DNA of 64,000 nt from Candidatus Poribacteria bacterium (GCA_965205025.1 CBDBFU010000016.1:1-64000), one strand, 5' to 3'; shown: positions 41,891 through 54,136, counted from the first letter of the stretch. Numbers and translations: made by a program. Notes: generated from the letters alone by a model not told the origin.

Positions 41891-42409
41891 CAGATATGCT
41901 CCTTTGAATACGCCAATTTTTAGCGTCTTTTAGAAAATTGTTAATACAATAGTAGTGGAAAAATAATCGTAAATAGTGTTCTTTAATATAATCGCATTTT
42001 TTCCTTTATATAGCAATGATATTTATAGAAATGGTATTATTTCTTTGCAATAGAAGGGAAAGATTGAACGGCTATTTCTATCTGGAATTCTGGAATCAAT
42101 AGGTTTCTCTTACTATTGCTTATAGCCGACATCCATTTGCTATGTTGTTTGTCTGAACCACAGATTACACGGATTACACAGTTTCACGGTTGGCTTTGTG
42201 CTTGATAACCGTTCTTGTATGGTATAGGTGTTTTTGACTGTATAGTTGATTACACGGATTTCACCTACATACCTATCGAAATTCTTATGTCTAAGGATTG
42301 CAATTACAAAGCTGAATATGGTATTATATTGATACATATTTCACACAAAAATTACACAATAAAATTACATAAAACTATAAACACATTAAAGGAATACTCT
42401 CAGATACTC

Positions 42410-44017
42410 ATGTCGAAAAAAACAGAAAAGAAATCAAATGAAAATGGGGCAACTTTAGGTTTTGAAGCAACCCTATACCAAGCAGCTGATAAACTTCGGA
42501 ACAACATGGATGCTGCAGAATATAAGCATGTAGTTTTAGGATTGATCTTCCTCAAATACATTTCTGATAATTTTGAGGAAAAGTATCAATTTCTACTTCA
42601 ACAGTATGCTAATCCGCAAAGTGATTACTATGTCAAAGAAGAATCTGCCCGTTTGGATTATGCTGAGGATAGAGACGAATACATGGCAGAAAATATCTTT
42701 TATGTGCCGAAGGAAGCGCGCTGGTCATTTTTGCAGGCAAAAGCCAAACAACCAGAAATTGGTACGCTTATTGACGATGCAATGCTGGCAATTGAAAAAG
42801 AAAACCCACGACTCAAAGGTGTACTGCCGAAAAACTATGCACGTCCAAGTTTGGATAAACAACGGCTTGGGGAACTTGTTGATCTTATAGGTACTATAGG
42901 TTTGGGTGAAGAAGAGAATCAATCAAAAGATATTTTAGGTAGAGTGTATGAGTATTTTCTATCACAATTCGCAAGTGCCGAAGGTAAAAGAGGCGGACAG
43001 TTTTATACCCCTCGTTGTGTTGTCCAACTCTTGGTTGAAATGCTCACTCCTTACAAAGGACGAGTATACGATCCATGCTGCGGTTCTGGTGGTATGTTTG
43101 TCCAAAGTGAAGAATTCGTTGAAGCACATGGTGGAAATCCAAATGACATATCAATATATGGACAGGAATCAAACCCAACTACACGACAATTAGCTTTGAT
43201 GAACCTTGCCATACGCGGTATAGACGCGAATCTTGGACTGGAACATGCAGACAGTTTTCACAACGATCTGCACCCTGACTTAAAAGTTGATTTTATCCTT
43301 GCTAATCCACCATTTAACAGCAGTGATTGGGGTGGAGAACGGCTGCCTGAAGATAAACGATGGACTTACGGTACACCTCCAACAGGGAATGCCAACTTTG
43401 CTTGGGTACAACACTTTATTTTCCACCTTGCACCAAACGGGATTGCAGGCTTTGTGTTGGCAAACGGCTCCATGAGTAGCAATACTGCAACCGAAGGTGA
43501 AATTCGCAAAAACATCGTTGCAGCGGATTTAGTTGATTGCATGGTAGCGTTACCCGGGCAACTTTTCTATTCCACATCCATTCCAGTCTGTCTATGGTTC
43601 ATCACAAGAAACAAAGAGAACAGTCAATATCGTAAACGAACTGGGGAAACACTTTTTATTGATGCGCGCAGGTTAGGTGTGATGATTGACCGCGTACACC
43701 GCGAGTTAACGCATATCGAAATGACGCGAATTGCCGAAACTTATCACGCATGGCGCGGCGATGAAAGTTCTGGTGAATATGCTGACGTGCCCGGATTCTG
43801 CAAAAGCACCAAACTCGGTGAGATTCAGGAATACGGATACGTGCTTACACCAGGACGATATGTAGGTATTACAGACATTGAGGATGACGAAATCCCTTTT
43901 GAAAAACAGATAACGCAACTTTCCGACAAACTCTATGAACAGTTTGCAGAGTCTGAACGGCTTGCGGCAGCTATCAAGAAAAATTTAGAAACATTAGGTT
44001 ATAGAGGTGAACAATGA
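42410..44017 (+). CDS. hsdM: Type I restriction-modification methyltransferase (m6A)
   Basis: [38 protein letters not shown] and NPPFN motifs; start at MSKKTEK. Confidence 0.95.
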   Translation: MSKKTEKKSNENGATLGFEATLYQAADKLRNNMDAAEYKHVVLGLIFLKYISDNFEEKYQFLLQQYANPQSDYYVKEESARLDYAEDRDEYMAENIFYVPKEARWSFLQAKAKQPEIGTLIDDAMLAIEKENPRLKGVLPKNYARPSLDKQRLGELVDLIGTIGLGEEENQSKDILGRVYEYFLSQFASAEGKRGGQFYTPRCVVQLLVEMLTPYKGRVYDPCCGSGGMFVQSEEFVEAHGGNPNDISIYGQESNPTTRQLALMNLAIRGIDANLGLEHADSFHNDLHPDLKVDFILANPPFNSSDWGGERLPEDKRWTYGTPPTGNANFAWVQHFIFHLAPNGIAGFVLANGSMSSNTATEGEIRKNIVAADLVDCMVALPGQLFYSTSIPVCLWFITRNKENSQYRKRTGETLFIDARRLGVMIDRVHRELTHIEMTRIAETYHAWRGDESSGEYADVPGFCKSTKLGEIQEYGYVLTPGRYVGITDIEDDEIPFEKQITQLSDKLYEQFAESERLAAAIKKNLETLGYRGEQ

Positions 44018-44427
44018 GCTTAAATTTTGACAGTTTAGCAAAATCTATTGAAAGTCTGGAACGCTCTGTTAAGGCTGCCAATACACTTAATACCTCTGAT
44101 GAAGATTTACAAGAAACGGTTCGTGCCGGAGTTATTCATAGTTTTGAGGTTGCTTATGAGCAGTCTTGGAAAATGATAAAGCGGTGGCTTCAAGAAAATA
44201 TTGGTGAGGCTGCCGCTGAAGGGATTACACAACGAAATCTCTTTCGTTTAGGTGCAGAGAGCCAATTGATTTCTGATTCGGAACGTTGGATGGAATATCG
44301 TGAGGCGCGGAATTTGACTTCTCATACTTACAATGAAGATGCTGCTGAAAATGTATTTACTGAAGCTACTGAGTTTATCTATGATGCCAAGCAGCTTTTA
44401 AAAGCATTAGAGGAACGCAATGATTGA
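44014..44427 (+). CDS. HEPN-domain protein (HI0074 / nucleotidyltransferase substrate-binding family), putative RNase toxin
   Basis: [17 protein letters not shown] and RNLTSHTY (Rx4H); overlaps the hsdM stop. Confidence 0.88.
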   Translation: MSLNFDSLAKSIESLERSVKAANTLNTSDEDLQETVRAGVIHSFEVAYEQSWKMIKRWLQENIGEAAAEGITQRNLFRLGAESQLISDSERWMEYREARNLTSHTYNEDAAENVFTEATEFIYDAKQLLKALEERND

Positions 44428-46111
44428 ACTCAATCCTAAACATCTCAAAACAATTAAATACATATTGGCTGAGTACATCCCAGGTTACGAGGTTCGTGCC
44501 TTTGGATCGCGTGTGAAGTGGACAGCGAAAGATTATTCCGACCTTGATCTTGTTGTTGTCGGAAGTAAGCCTTTAAACTTGAAACAGAGAAGCGAATTAG
44601 TAGAGGCATTTGAGGAATCCAATCTGCCATTTCGGGTTGATGTCTTAGATTGGCAATCAATATCAGAAGGGTTCCGACAAGTGATATCGGAAAGATATGA
44701 GATAATTCAAAAAGCACAACTAGTTGACCAGAACGAAAATTCCGAAGGAATTAATGGAAAATGGAGTACAAAAAGAGGATGGCGAGCAAAAACTTTTGGT
44801 GATTGTGCAACGTTGATCCGTGAGCCCGTTTCACCCTCTGATTTGGGTGATACTCCTTATATTGGACTTGAGCACATTGGAGAAAACACATTATCTCTCG
44901 TAGGACAAGGTATAGCAAGCGATGTCACGAGTACAAAGTCTCGTTTCAGAGAGGGTGATATCCTTTTTGGAAAATTGAGATGTTATTTCCGTAAGGTCGT
45001 TACAGCACCTTTTGATGGTGTATGTTCAACGGATATTTGGGTTACGCGCGCCAAAGAAGAAATAGATCAAAATTTCCTCTACTATTGTATGGCATCTCAA
45101 TCTTTTGTTGACTTTGCAGATTCCGGCTCTGAAGGCACACGGATGCCGCGCGCTCAATGGGAATGGGTATCACGATACAGAATCCCTATACCGCCTCTAT
45201 CTGAACAACGCCGCATCGCTCACATTCTCGGCACACTTGACGATAAAATCGAACTCAACCGACAGATGAATGAAACATTAGAGGCAACAGCGCGGGCAAT
45301 TTTCAAGTCATGGTTTGTAGACTTTGACCCCGTGAAAGCAAAAATGGAGGGATGCGAACCCGTTGGTATGGACACTGAAGTGGCTGCGTTAATCTCATCC
45401 ACGTTGCAAGATTCATCCCTCGGGAGGATTCCGAATGGATGGGAAGTCACTAGGTTTGTAGATTTAACCGATGTGGTTTTAGGTGGCGATTGGGGGAAAT
45501 CTACAGAAATCGGTGATTGGTCGTGTCCTGTATTCTGCATCAGAGGTGCCGACGTACCTAGTCTCCAAATTGGAGGTCTTGGGGATATGCCTATCCGGTA
45601 TCTAAAAACATCAAGCTTAGCGAAGCGTCAGCTACAAAATGGGGATTTAGTAATTGAGATATCTGGTGGCGGTCCTACACAGTCAACGGGACGGACAATA
45701 TTAATTAAAAAAGAATTGCTGGATCAACTTGAGTTTCCTTTAGTTTACTCTAATTTTTGCCGCGTTATTCGCCTGAAATCAGAAAACATGTCAAATTTTA
45801 TCTATCTATGGTTTAGGGATCTCTATTCAAATGATAAATTTTTTCAGTACGAAAATGGGACCACAGGAATAAAAAATTTCGCCTTCAAAGTCTTTGCAAA
45901 AGAGCAATACTTATGTATTCCACCTGTGTCTATAATAAATGCGTTTAATCGAACAGTTGAACCATTGTTCAAAATGCTTCAATTTAACGGAGAACAATCT
46001 CGCACGCTTGCCCAAACCCGAGACACGCTATTGCCAAAATTGCTGTCTGGGGAAATTCGTGTAGACGAGGCAAATGAGATATTGGAGGTAACAGATGGCG
46101 AAAAATCCTAA
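44420..46111 (+). CDS. hsdS: Minimal nucleotidyltransferase (MNT) fused to type I R-M specificity subunit
   Basis: N-terminal FGSR...SDLDL...LPFRVDVLDW (MNT), then two TRDs with PPLSEQRRIAHILGTLDDKIELN and RDTLLPKLLSGE. Confidence 0.92.
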   Translation: MIELNPKHLKTIKYILAEYIPGYEVRAFGSRVKWTAKDYSDLDLVVVGSKPLNLKQRSELVEAFEESNLPFRVDVLDWQSISEGFRQVISERYEIIQKAQLVDQNENSEGINGKWSTKRGWRAKTFGDCATLIREPVSPSDLGDTPYIGLEHIGENTLSLVGQGIASDVTSTKSRFREGDILFGKLRCYFRKVVTAPFDGVCSTDIWVTRAKEEIDQNFLYYCMASQSFVDFADSGSEGTRMPRAQWEWVSRYRIPIPPLSEQRRIAHILGTLDDKIELNRQMNETLEATARAIFKSWFVDFDPVKAKMEGCEPVGMDTEVAALISSTLQDSSLGRIPNGWEVTRFVDLTDVVLGGDWGKSTEIGDWSCPVFCIRGADVPSLQIGGLGDMPIRYLKTSSLAKRQLQNGDLVIEISGGGPTQSTGRTILIKKELLDQLEFPLVYSNFCRVIRLKSENMSNFIYLWFRDLYSNDKFFQYENGTTGIKNFAFKVFAKEQYLCIPPVSIINAFNRTVEPLFKMLQFNGEQSRTLAQTRDTLLPKLLSGEIRVDEANEILEVTDGEKS

Positions 46112-47600
46112 GGTATTTATTTCATACTCTCATGACTCTCCAGAGCATAAGCAGTGGGTATCCGAACTTGCTGCACGATTGCGTCATGACGGCATCGATG
46201 CAATACTCGACCAATGGGACCTCGGATTGGGAGATGATGTAACACGATTCATGGAACGTGGCATTGTAGAGGCTGATAGGGTATTAGTAATTTGCACAGA
46301 TCAGTACGTGACTAAAGCAAACGCCGAGGAAGGGGGTGTTGGTTATGAACGTATGATTGTTAATAGTGAACTTGTGCAGAATTTAGGTACAGATAAATTC
46401 ATACCAATCATTCGTAACTCATCAGGTAAAGAAAAAACACCAGCATTCTTAGGAACAAGGGTTTATGCTGACTTTAGAGAAGACAATCAATTTGATGCAG
46501 AGTTTGAAAAATTAATTCGTGAACTCCACGAAATACCCATTGTAGAAAAACCACCATTGGGAGAGAACCCGTTTCCTGCTGTAGAAATAAACACACAGTT
46601 GACAGAAATCCCTGCTAAGATTGGATCTGCTAATGAAGTATATATTACTGCTACAAAATTTATACGTGCTAGGGATACATTTGGTTGGCAGCTATTCTTA
46701 AAGAAGATTAGACCTAATGCTATAGAGACATTGAAACATTGGCGTCTAAGTGAACTCAATAAATCAGGACAAGATAATATAGAACGCTGTAGAATTGTGG
46801 ATCAGGCAGTTGAAATTATTTCATCACTAATGGTATTTACTTTAGCAGGAGTTGAATCCGGACAAGAAGAATTTAGATACGAAAAAGAAATTATATATGA
46901 ATTAACAAACCTTGCAAAACCTAACAGCATGGGTATTTACGATCATCTTTATCAAACCCTAATCTATGTTTATCATAGTATACATGGAAGTCTTTGTTTA
47001 AGTACTAACCAAATTGACTGTGCCTTAAGTTTAGTTCAAGTTAAAACCAAAGATATTTACAGAACGAACCACCGTTATATTTGGCAAGTACCTGAATATA
47101 TGGGTTGGTCTAATTCATTTGGTAAAAAATATCTTGAAGGTTGGCAGTATTTAGTGAATGGTTTTGATAGATGGGAGTGGTTAGCTACGATTTTTGAAGG
47201 TGATTCAAAACTATATAGAACATCATTGGTAACATATTATATGGCTCTGAATATTCACGAATTAGCATCAATAATCGCTTCAAATAAGAATGAGAAAACA
47301 AGCGCGTATAATAGTATGCATCTTTCACCTGACAAGGTTCCATTGACTTTTTTGTTTGAAGATCAAGATATATATGAACAATCTATTTCTCTTTTGTCAC
47401 GGAATCCAGATTCAGTATCAGAATTATGGACATGCTTAAATGTAACGCGTGAGGATATGGTGAATATATGGAGAGAATGGATCAGGAACTCTGAATATTT
47501 GTTAGAGCAGGATTATAGAAGCAATCCCGATGTTAATATAAGAGTAGTGAGAAGAAACGTAGATCGTCATAGTAATTTATTCATGATGTTGCAATCTTAG
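46095..47600 (+). CDS. TIR (TIR_2/SEFIR-like) domain protein, paralogue 1
   Basis: KVFISYSHD, LDQWDL, FMERGI, GGVGYE (putative catalytic Glu), KFIPIIR; ~340-aa unknown C-terminal region. Confidence 0.88.
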   Translation: MAKNPKVFISYSHDSPEHKQWVSELAARLRHDGIDAILDQWDLGLGDDVTRFMERGIVEADRVLVICTDQYVTKANAEEGGVGYERMIVNSELVQNLGTDKFIPIIRNSSGKEKTPAFLGTRVYADFREDNQFDAEFEKLIRELHEIPIVEKPPLGENPFPAVEINTQLTEIPAKIGSANEVYITATKFIRARDTFGWQLFLKKIRPNAIETLKHWRLSELNKSGQDNIERCRIVDQAVEIISSLMVFTLAGVESGQEEFRYEKEIIYELTNLAKPNSMGIYDHLYQTLIYVYHSIHGSLCLSTNQIDCALSLVQVKTKDIYRTNHRYIWQVPEYMGWSNSFGKKYLEGWQYLVNGFDRWEWLATIFEGDSKLYRTSLVTYYMALNIHELASIIASNKNEKTSAYNSMHLSPDKVPLTFLFEDQDIYEQSISLLSRNPDSVSELWTCLNVTREDMVNIWREWIRNSEYLLEQDYRSNPDVNIRVVRRNVDRHSNLFMMLQS

Positions 47601-47710
47601 TGTAGTAATTAGCCGTTTTCTTAATTCATTTTTTCTGGTATAAGCTATAGTCAATTAAGAAATGCCGAATTTAGTAAGTTGCATGGATTGACAGTTATTG
47701 AAGGATAAAG

Positions 47711-49231
47711 ATGTCTGAAAATCCAAAGGTTTTTATTTCATACTCTCACGATTCACCAGAACATAAACAGTGGGTATCAGAACTCGCAGCGCGACTTCGC
47801 CATAGCGGAGTTGATGCAATACTCGATCAATGGGATCTTGGACTCGGGGACGATATTACACGATTCATGGAACGGGGCATTGTGAACGCTAATAGGGTAC
47901 TGGTTATATGCACGGACAAGTACGTGAGCAAGGCAAACGCCGAAGAAGGGGGTGTTGGTTATGAACGGATGATTGTAAATAGTGAACTTGTGAAGAATTT
48001 AGGAACCGATAAATTCATTCCTATCATTCGAAATTCATCGGATAAAGAAAAAACACCAGCATTCTTAGGAACAAAGGTTTATGCTGACTTTAGAGAAGAC
48101 AATCAATATGATGAAGAGTTTGAAAAATTAATTCGTGAACTCCACGAAATGCCGATTATAGAGAAACCCCCTTTAGGAAAAAGTCCGTTTCCTACTGTAG
48201 AAATAGATACACAGTTGATAGAAATCCCTGAAGAAGTTCTATCTGTGCAAGAGGTATATTTAACAGCTTCTAAACTGATTCGTGCAGGGGATACATTTGG
48301 ATGGCGTGAACTTATTAAAAAGATTCGACCAACCGTTTTTAAGGATTTAGTCCAATGGCGACAAAATGAATTGAATGGAAAAAATCCAGAAAACAAAGAA
48401 CAATTGGTTCAGATTGTGGATAAAGCCGTTGAAATTATTTCCCCTTTAATGGTAGTTGCTTTAGCAGGTGTCGAATCTGGTAGAGAGGAATTTCGAGACC
48501 AAAAAGCTTTTCTTGATGACCTGCTAAATATAACTGGATGGAATAGTGATGAGAACAGAGAGTGGATACGTCTTCCTTATGCTTTAGGATATGTATATCA
48601 TAGTTTGCACGGGTGCGTTGGTTTGGGTACAAATCAAATAGACCTTGCTCTTGAGCTTGCCTCGGTTAAAATTCCTGATAAATACAATAGAAAAGAACTC
48701 ATTCATGTTTGGAAGCTATCTGAGTTTGTAGGATGGGCAGACTCCTTTGGTCCAGATTGTACAAAAGGGTGGGAATATTTAGCCAATGCGTATAAAAGAT
48801 GGGAATGGCTATCTCTCATATTTGAGAATGACTTAGAATACCGTGCATCATTAGTGGCATATTACATGACACTCAATATTCATGAATTTGCAGCAAAAAT
48901 TGCATTGTACCAGAAAGAAAACTTAACAAGAACTTACAATTCGACATCTCCCTTTGACTTTGATGTCCCCCTCACTTTTATGACTGAAACCACAAAAATA
49001 TATGAACGAGCACAATTTCTTTTACTACGGCATCCAGACTCAGTTTCTGAATTATGGACAAAATTAGATGTTACACAGAAACAGCTACATGACTTTTGGA
49101 ACAATTGGGTTGGTCAATTTAACAGTTGGTTAGGAAATATTTATAGAGAGGCACCAGTTAGTGTTAATCGTGCCAATTTTTCAAGGAACATTATATACCA
49201 TCGGGATTTTCTTAAGATGTTGCAACAGTAA
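47711..49231 (+). CDS. TIR domain protein, paralogue 2
   Basis: Same TIR motifs; C-terminus homologous to paralogues 1 and 3 (YVYHSLHG, SLVAYYMxLNIHE). Confidence 0.88.
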   Translation: MSENPKVFISYSHDSPEHKQWVSELAARLRHSGVDAILDQWDLGLGDDITRFMERGIVNANRVLVICTDKYVSKANAEEGGVGYERMIVNSELVKNLGTDKFIPIIRNSSDKEKTPAFLGTKVYADFREDNQYDEEFEKLIRELHEMPIIEKPPLGKSPFPTVEIDTQLIEIPEEVLSVQEVYLTASKLIRAGDTFGWRELIKKIRPTVFKDLVQWRQNELNGKNPENKEQLVQIVDKAVEIISPLMVVALAGVESGREEFRDQKAFLDDLLNITGWNSDENREWIRLPYALGYVYHSLHGCVGLGTNQIDLALELASVKIPDKYNRKELIHVWKLSEFVGWADSFGPDCTKGWEYLANAYKRWEWLSLIFENDLEYRASLVAYYMTLNIHEFAAKIALYQKENLTRTYNSTSPFDFDVPLTFMTETTKIYERAQFLLLRHPDSVSELWTKLDVTQKQLHDFWNNWVGQFNSWLGNIYREAPVSVNRANFSRNIIYHRDFLKMLQQ

Positions 49232-49335
49232 ACTTTGCTTGCAGAGACACCTAATAACTCATTAATTCCCATTTCAACGTTTGAACTGTAAGTAAATGTT
49301 GTAATCATTTTGTAATAATCAGAGATATAGTAAAT

Positions 49336-50832
49336 ATGACAGAACATCCAAAAGTTTTTATATCCTATTCCCATGATTCCCCTGAACATAAACAGTGGGT
49401 ATCCGAACTTGCTGCACAATTGCGTAACAATGGAATTGATGTCATACTTGACCAATGGGACCTTGGTTATGGTGATGATTTTCCACAATTCATGCAACGA
49501 GGAATCGTTGAAGCTAATAGAGTTTTGGTTGTTTGTACTGATGAATATGTAACCAAGGCAAATAAAGGTGTAGGTGGTACTGGTTACGAATGCATGATTG
49601 TTAACGCGGAACTTGTCAAGAATTTAGGTACAGATAAATTCATACCTATCATTCGTCAGTCATCAGGAAATGACATAACCCCAATCTTTTTAGGTACGAA
49701 AGTTTACGCAGACTTTAGAATAGACAAGGAATTTGATGAAGAGTGTGTAAAATTATGCCGTGAAATTCACAATATGCCTATTGTAGATAAACCACCTTTG
49801 GGAAAGAATCCGTTTCCTACCATTAAATTAGACCCACAATTGACTGATATTCCTGAGGAAGTTCTATCTGTGCAGGAGGCATATTCAACTGCTACTAAAC
49901 TCATTAGGGCAGGGGATACATTTGGATGGCGTGAACTTATTAAAAAGATGCGTCCAAAGGTTTTTAAGGATTTAGTTCAATGGCGAGAAAAAGAATTGGA
50001 TGGACAAAAGCCGGAAAGCAAAGAACAATTAGTCCAGACTGTGGATAAAGCCGTTGAAATTATTTCTCCTTTAATGGTTGTGGCATTAGCGGGAGTCGAA
50101 TCTGGTAGAGAGGAATTTCGAGACCAAAAAGCTTTTCTTGATGACCTGCAAAACATTGTAGGTTGGAAATCTGCTGGGTACGATGCATGGATACAACTGC
50201 CAAAAGCCTTAGGGTACGTGTATCATAGCATGCATGGAGGAGTCTGTCTGAGTACAAATCAGATAGACCTTGCACTCGGTCTAGCCCAAATCAAAATTCC
50301 TGTCGCTGGTGGTACAAAGTTTTTCCCATTATGGGAAATGAGTGAATTTAGGGGATATGCATATTCAATTAGTGGTACTCGAGGTGGAAATTGTCTTGAA
50401 AGTTGGAGCTATTTAACCAATGCCTATGATAGATGGGGATGGTTATCCTCATTTTATGAAGATAAATTGGCATATCAATCATCATTAGTGGCATATTATA
50501 TGGCATTGAATATTCACGAATTAGCATCGGTTATCTCATTAGGCAGGGAGGATATGTTACAATCAACATCCGAACCATATTTTCAGATTCCGTTGACTTT
50601 TCTAACTGAAGACTATAATACCACTAAGAAAGCAATTTCTTTACTTAGAAATGATCCAAATACTCTGTCAGTTCTATGGGAAAGTTTAAGGGTTGAACAT
50701 AAGAAAATCGAAAGTTTATGGGAAAATTGGATTGACTTATCTGAAAGAGCTTTGATAAGATCAATGTCCTTTAATGAAACAACTCTTATAAATCTTGCTG
50801 ATCTTTATCGTTATCTCTTTAAAGGCATGTAA
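49336..50832 (+). CDS. TIR domain protein, paralogue 3
   Basis: KVFISYSHD, GGTGYE, YVYHSMHG and SLVAYYMALNIHE. Confidence 0.88.
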   Translation: MTEHPKVFISYSHDSPEHKQWVSELAAQLRNNGIDVILDQWDLGYGDDFPQFMQRGIVEANRVLVVCTDEYVTKANKGVGGTGYECMIVNAELVKNLGTDKFIPIIRQSSGNDITPIFLGTKVYADFRIDKEFDEECVKLCREIHNMPIVDKPPLGKNPFPTIKLDPQLTDIPEEVLSVQEAYSTATKLIRAGDTFGWRELIKKMRPKVFKDLVQWREKELDGQKPESKEQLVQTVDKAVEIISPLMVVALAGVESGREEFRDQKAFLDDLQNIVGWKSAGYDAWIQLPKALGYVYHSMHGGVCLSTNQIDLALGLAQIKIPVAGGTKFFPLWEMSEFRGYAYSISGTRGGNCLESWSYLTNAYDRWGWLSSFYEDKLAYQSSLVAYYMALNIHELASVISLGREDMLQSTSEPYFQIPLTFLTEDYNTTKKAISLLRNDPNTLSVLWESLRVEHKKIESLWENWIDLSERALIRSMSFNETTLINLADLYRYLFKGM

Positions 50833-50904
50833 TTACAATTAGGAGATAAACACAAACCACAAGTTTATGTCTGGTTAATAAGATACGATCCAAAATTTAA
50901 AAAC

Positions 50905-53900
50905 ATGAATCTCAATACAATCCACGAATCCGATATTGAAGAATCTACCCTTCAATGGTTTTCCGATTTAGATTATGCTGTATTACACGGTCCAGATATA
51001 GCACCAGACTCCCCTAATGCAGAACGTTCTTCATACAAAGATGTTGTACTGAAACAACGACTACATGATGTTGTTACCCGTCTTAATCCTACGATCCCTT
51101 CTGATACACTACAAGAAGCAATCAATAAAATCCTCAATCCAAATTCCCAAGTGTTAGTACAAAACAACAACACTTTCCACTCAATGTTAATTGGTGGCAT
51201 AGAAGTGGAATATCGACAAGAAGATGGAAGCATACGTGGGGATCGTGCCAAACTAATTGATTTTGAAACACCTGAAAACAACGATTGGCTTGTAGTAAAT
51301 CAGTTTACTGTTGCAGACGAATCCAATTGTCGGCCAGACATTGTAGTTTTCATCAATGGACTTCCATTAGCAGTGATTGAACTCAAGAATCCTACAGATG
51401 AATCAGCGACAATTACCAGTGCATTTCACCAAATACAAACATATAAAAAGGAAATACCATCTATTTTCGCTTATAATGAAGTTATAGTTATCTCAGATGG
51501 ATTAGAGGCACGTATCGGTTCTCTAACTGCAGACAAGGAATGGTTTTTACCTTGGCGAACAATAGAAGGGGATGAGGAGGCTGCTCCAACTGAATTAGAA
51601 TTAGAAGTTTTAATAAATGGGGTTTTTCAAAAGAAACGTCTCTTAGAATATTTAAGACATTTCATCGTCTATGAAGAAACTGACAACGGTTCAATTGCAA
51701 AGAAGATTGCTGGTTACCACCAATTCCATGCTGTCCAAACTGCTGTTGAAGCTACAATTAAAGCATCAGGTGTGGATGGGGATAAACAGTGTGGGGTTGT
51801 ATGGCATACACAAGGTTCCGGTAAAAGCTTAACAATGGCTTTTTATGCAGGGAGTATCATTCAACGTCCGGAAATGGAAAACCCCACAATTGTGGTAATT
51901 ACAGATCTAAACGACCTTGACGATCAACTATTCGGTACATTCGCCCGTTGTAATCAACTCCTTAGACAAAAACCTGTGCAAGCACAAGACAGAAAACACT
52001 TAAGGGAACTCCTACAAGTAGCATCTGGGGGTGTGATCTTTAGTACAATTCATAAGTTCTTTCCAGAAGAGGAGGAAACGTACTTTCCACAACTATCAGA
52101 CAGACGTAACATTATCGTTATTGCTGACGAAGCACACCGTAGTCAATACGGGTTTATTGATGGTTTTGCACGGCATCTACGTGACGCAATTCCAAATGCT
52201 TCATTCATAGGTTTTACTGGGACACCTATCGAACTTGCAGATAGAAATACAGTAGCCGTATTTGGTGATTACATTAGTATATACGATATTCAGCAAGCGG
52301 TTGATGATGGTGCTACTGTTCCTATTTACTACGAAAGTCGACTTGCTAAAATTGAAATGGATGAAGATGAAAAACCACATATTGATCCTGAATTTGAAGA
52401 ATTAACTGAAGCTGAAGAAGTAGCAGAAAAAGAGAAATTAAAATCTAAATGGGCACAGATGGAAGCATTGGTCGGAACTGAAAAGAGAATTGGACTTGTT
52501 GCTGATGATATAATTTCACACTTTGAGGAACGATTAGAAACTATGGACGGAAAAGGGATGATTGTTTGTATGAGTCGTAGAATCTGTGTGGATCTATATA
52601 ATGCCATTATCAAACGCAGACCAGACTGGCATGACGACAATGATAAGAAAGGAATTATAAAAGTAATAATGACAGGTTCATCGTCGGATGATGAGTCATG
52701 GCAACAGCATATCCGAAACAAAAAACGTAGAGAACAATTGGCAACTCAATTTAAGGATTCGAGTGAAGCATTCAAACTTGTTATAGTTCGTGACATGTGG
52801 TTAACAGGATTCGATGCCCCAAGTCTTCATACAATGTATGTAGACAAACCAATGCAGGGACATGGACTAATGCAAGCAATCGCTCGTGTTAATCGCGTAT
52901 TTAAAGATAAACCTGGGGGTTTAATCGTTGACTACATTGGACTTGCATATCATTTAAAACAAGCATTGAGTAATTACACCAGAAGCGGTGGCAAAGGAAA
53001 AGCAACATTAAACAAAGAGGAAGCAGTGGCTGTCATGCTTGAAAAACACGAAATCTGCTGTGACCTTTTTCATGGATTCGACTGGACATTATGGTCAACT
53101 GGTACTCCCGCGGATCGAATAAAATTACTCCCTGCTGCTCAAGAACATATCTTACAACAAGAGAATGGAAAAAATCGTCTACTTGAAACTGTTTCTGCTT
53201 TGACAAAAGCATTCGCGCTTGCTGTTCCACATGAAAAGACAATTGAGATACGTGACGATGTAGGATTTTTCCAAACAGTTCGTAAAATTTTGTCAAAACG
53301 CAGTATTGACGAAGAGACACAGTTGGAATCTACTGACGAAGCAATTAAGCAATTAGTATCCAAATCAGTAGTGCCTGAAGGAGTAGTAGATATTTTTGCA
53401 GCCGCAGGATTAAATAAACCAGATATCTCAATTCTATCGGAAGAATTTCTTGATGAAGTAAAAGATCTACCACAAAGAAACTTAGCAGTTGAACTACTTG
53501 AAAAACTTCTGAAGGGTGAAATTAGGTCCCGTTCAGATAAAAACGTCGTTCAGGCACGGTCATTTGCTGAAATGTTAGAACGTTCAATTCGTAATTATCA
53601 GAATCGAAGTATTGAGGCTGCACAAGTTATTGAACATCTAATCGAAATTGCAAATGAGATGCGCGAAGCACAAGAACGGGGTGATGAATTAGGACTATCT
53701 GAAGATGAATTGGCTTTCTACGATGCTCTTGAAACAAATGATAGTGCTGTTCAGGTATTGGGAGATGAAACTCTAAGAACCATTGCAATTGAACTGGTGG
53801 AAAACGTCCGTAAAAATGTATCCATTGACTGGACATTAAAAGACAGTGTAAAAGCTCAGATAAGGTTAATTATTAAACGTATTCTACGTAACCACGGATA

Positions 53901-53979
53901 CCCACCAGACAGAGAAGAGAAAGCTACTCAAACTGTTATAGAACAGGCAGAAGTATTGTGTCATAATTGGGAATATTAA
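50905..53979 (+). CDS. hsdR: Type I restriction endonuclease subunit R
   Basis: [47 protein letters not shown] and QAIARVNR motifs. Confidence 0.96.
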   Translation: MNLNTIHESDIEESTLQWFSDLDYAVLHGPDIAPDSPNAERSSYKDVVLKQRLHDVVTRLNPTIPSDTLQEAINKILNPNSQVLVQNNNTFHSMLIGGIEVEYRQEDGSIRGDRAKLIDFETPENNDWLVVNQFTVADESNCRPDIVVFINGLPLAVIELKNPTDESATITSAFHQIQTYKKEIPSIFAYNEVIVISDGLEARIGSLTADKEWFLPWRTIEGDEEAAPTELELEVLINGVFQKKRLLEYLRHFIVYEETDNGSIAKKIAGYHQFHAVQTAVEATIKASGVDGDKQCGVVWHTQGSGKSLTMAFYAGSIIQRPEMENPTIVVITDLNDLDDQLFGTFARCNQLLRQKPVQAQDRKHLRELLQVASGGVIFSTIHKFFPEEEETYFPQLSDRRNIIVIADEAHRSQYGFIDGFARHLRDAIPNASFIGFTGTPIELADRNTVAVFGDYISIYDIQQAVDDGATVPIYYESRLAKIEMDEDEKPHIDPEFEELTEAEEVAEKEKLKSKWAQMEALVGTEKRIGLVADDIISHFEERLETMDGKGMIVCMSRRICVDLYNAIIKRRPDWHDDNDKKGIIKVIMTGSSSDDESWQQHIRNKKRREQLATQFKDSSEAFKLVIVRDMWLTGFDAPSLHTMYVDKPMQGHGLMQAIARVNRVFKDKPGGLIVDYIGLAYHLKQALSNYTRSGGKGKATLNKEEAVAVMLEKHEICCDLFHGFDWTLWSTGTPADRIKLLPAAQEHILQQENGKNRLLETVSALTKAFALAVPHEKTIEIRDDVGFFQTVRKILSKRSIDEETQLESTDEAIKQLVSKSVVPEGVVDIFAAAGLNKPDISILSEEFLDEVKDLPQRNLAVELLEKLLKGEIRSRSDKNVVQARSFAEMLERSIRNYQNRSIEAAQVIEHLIEIANEMREAQERGDELGLSEDELAFYDALETNDSAVQVLGDETLRTIAIELVENVRKNVSIDWTLKDSVKAQIRLIIKRILRNHGYPPDREEKATQTVIEQAEVLCHNWEY

Positions 53980-54136
53980 ACCGACGATATAAACAGAATA
54001 CCTAATTTACATTCTGTGTTTCATTACAATCCTTAGTCAATTTCTACCTTATTCATCCCTGTCTTCTTTCCAACTAATTAATGTTCCAGACCACATTCCT
54101 AAGATATTTGCACATTCCTCAATGTTCTCTATAGAA

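Noticed and set aside
42215-42409. Upstream start of hsdM in the ORF track
   Set aside because: The extension overlaps repeat DNA and is not HsdM-like; homology begins at MSKKTEK
46095-50832. Thoeris system
   Set aside because: No ThsA (SIR2/Macro/SLOG) effector in the window, and the TIR proteins are much longer than ThsB
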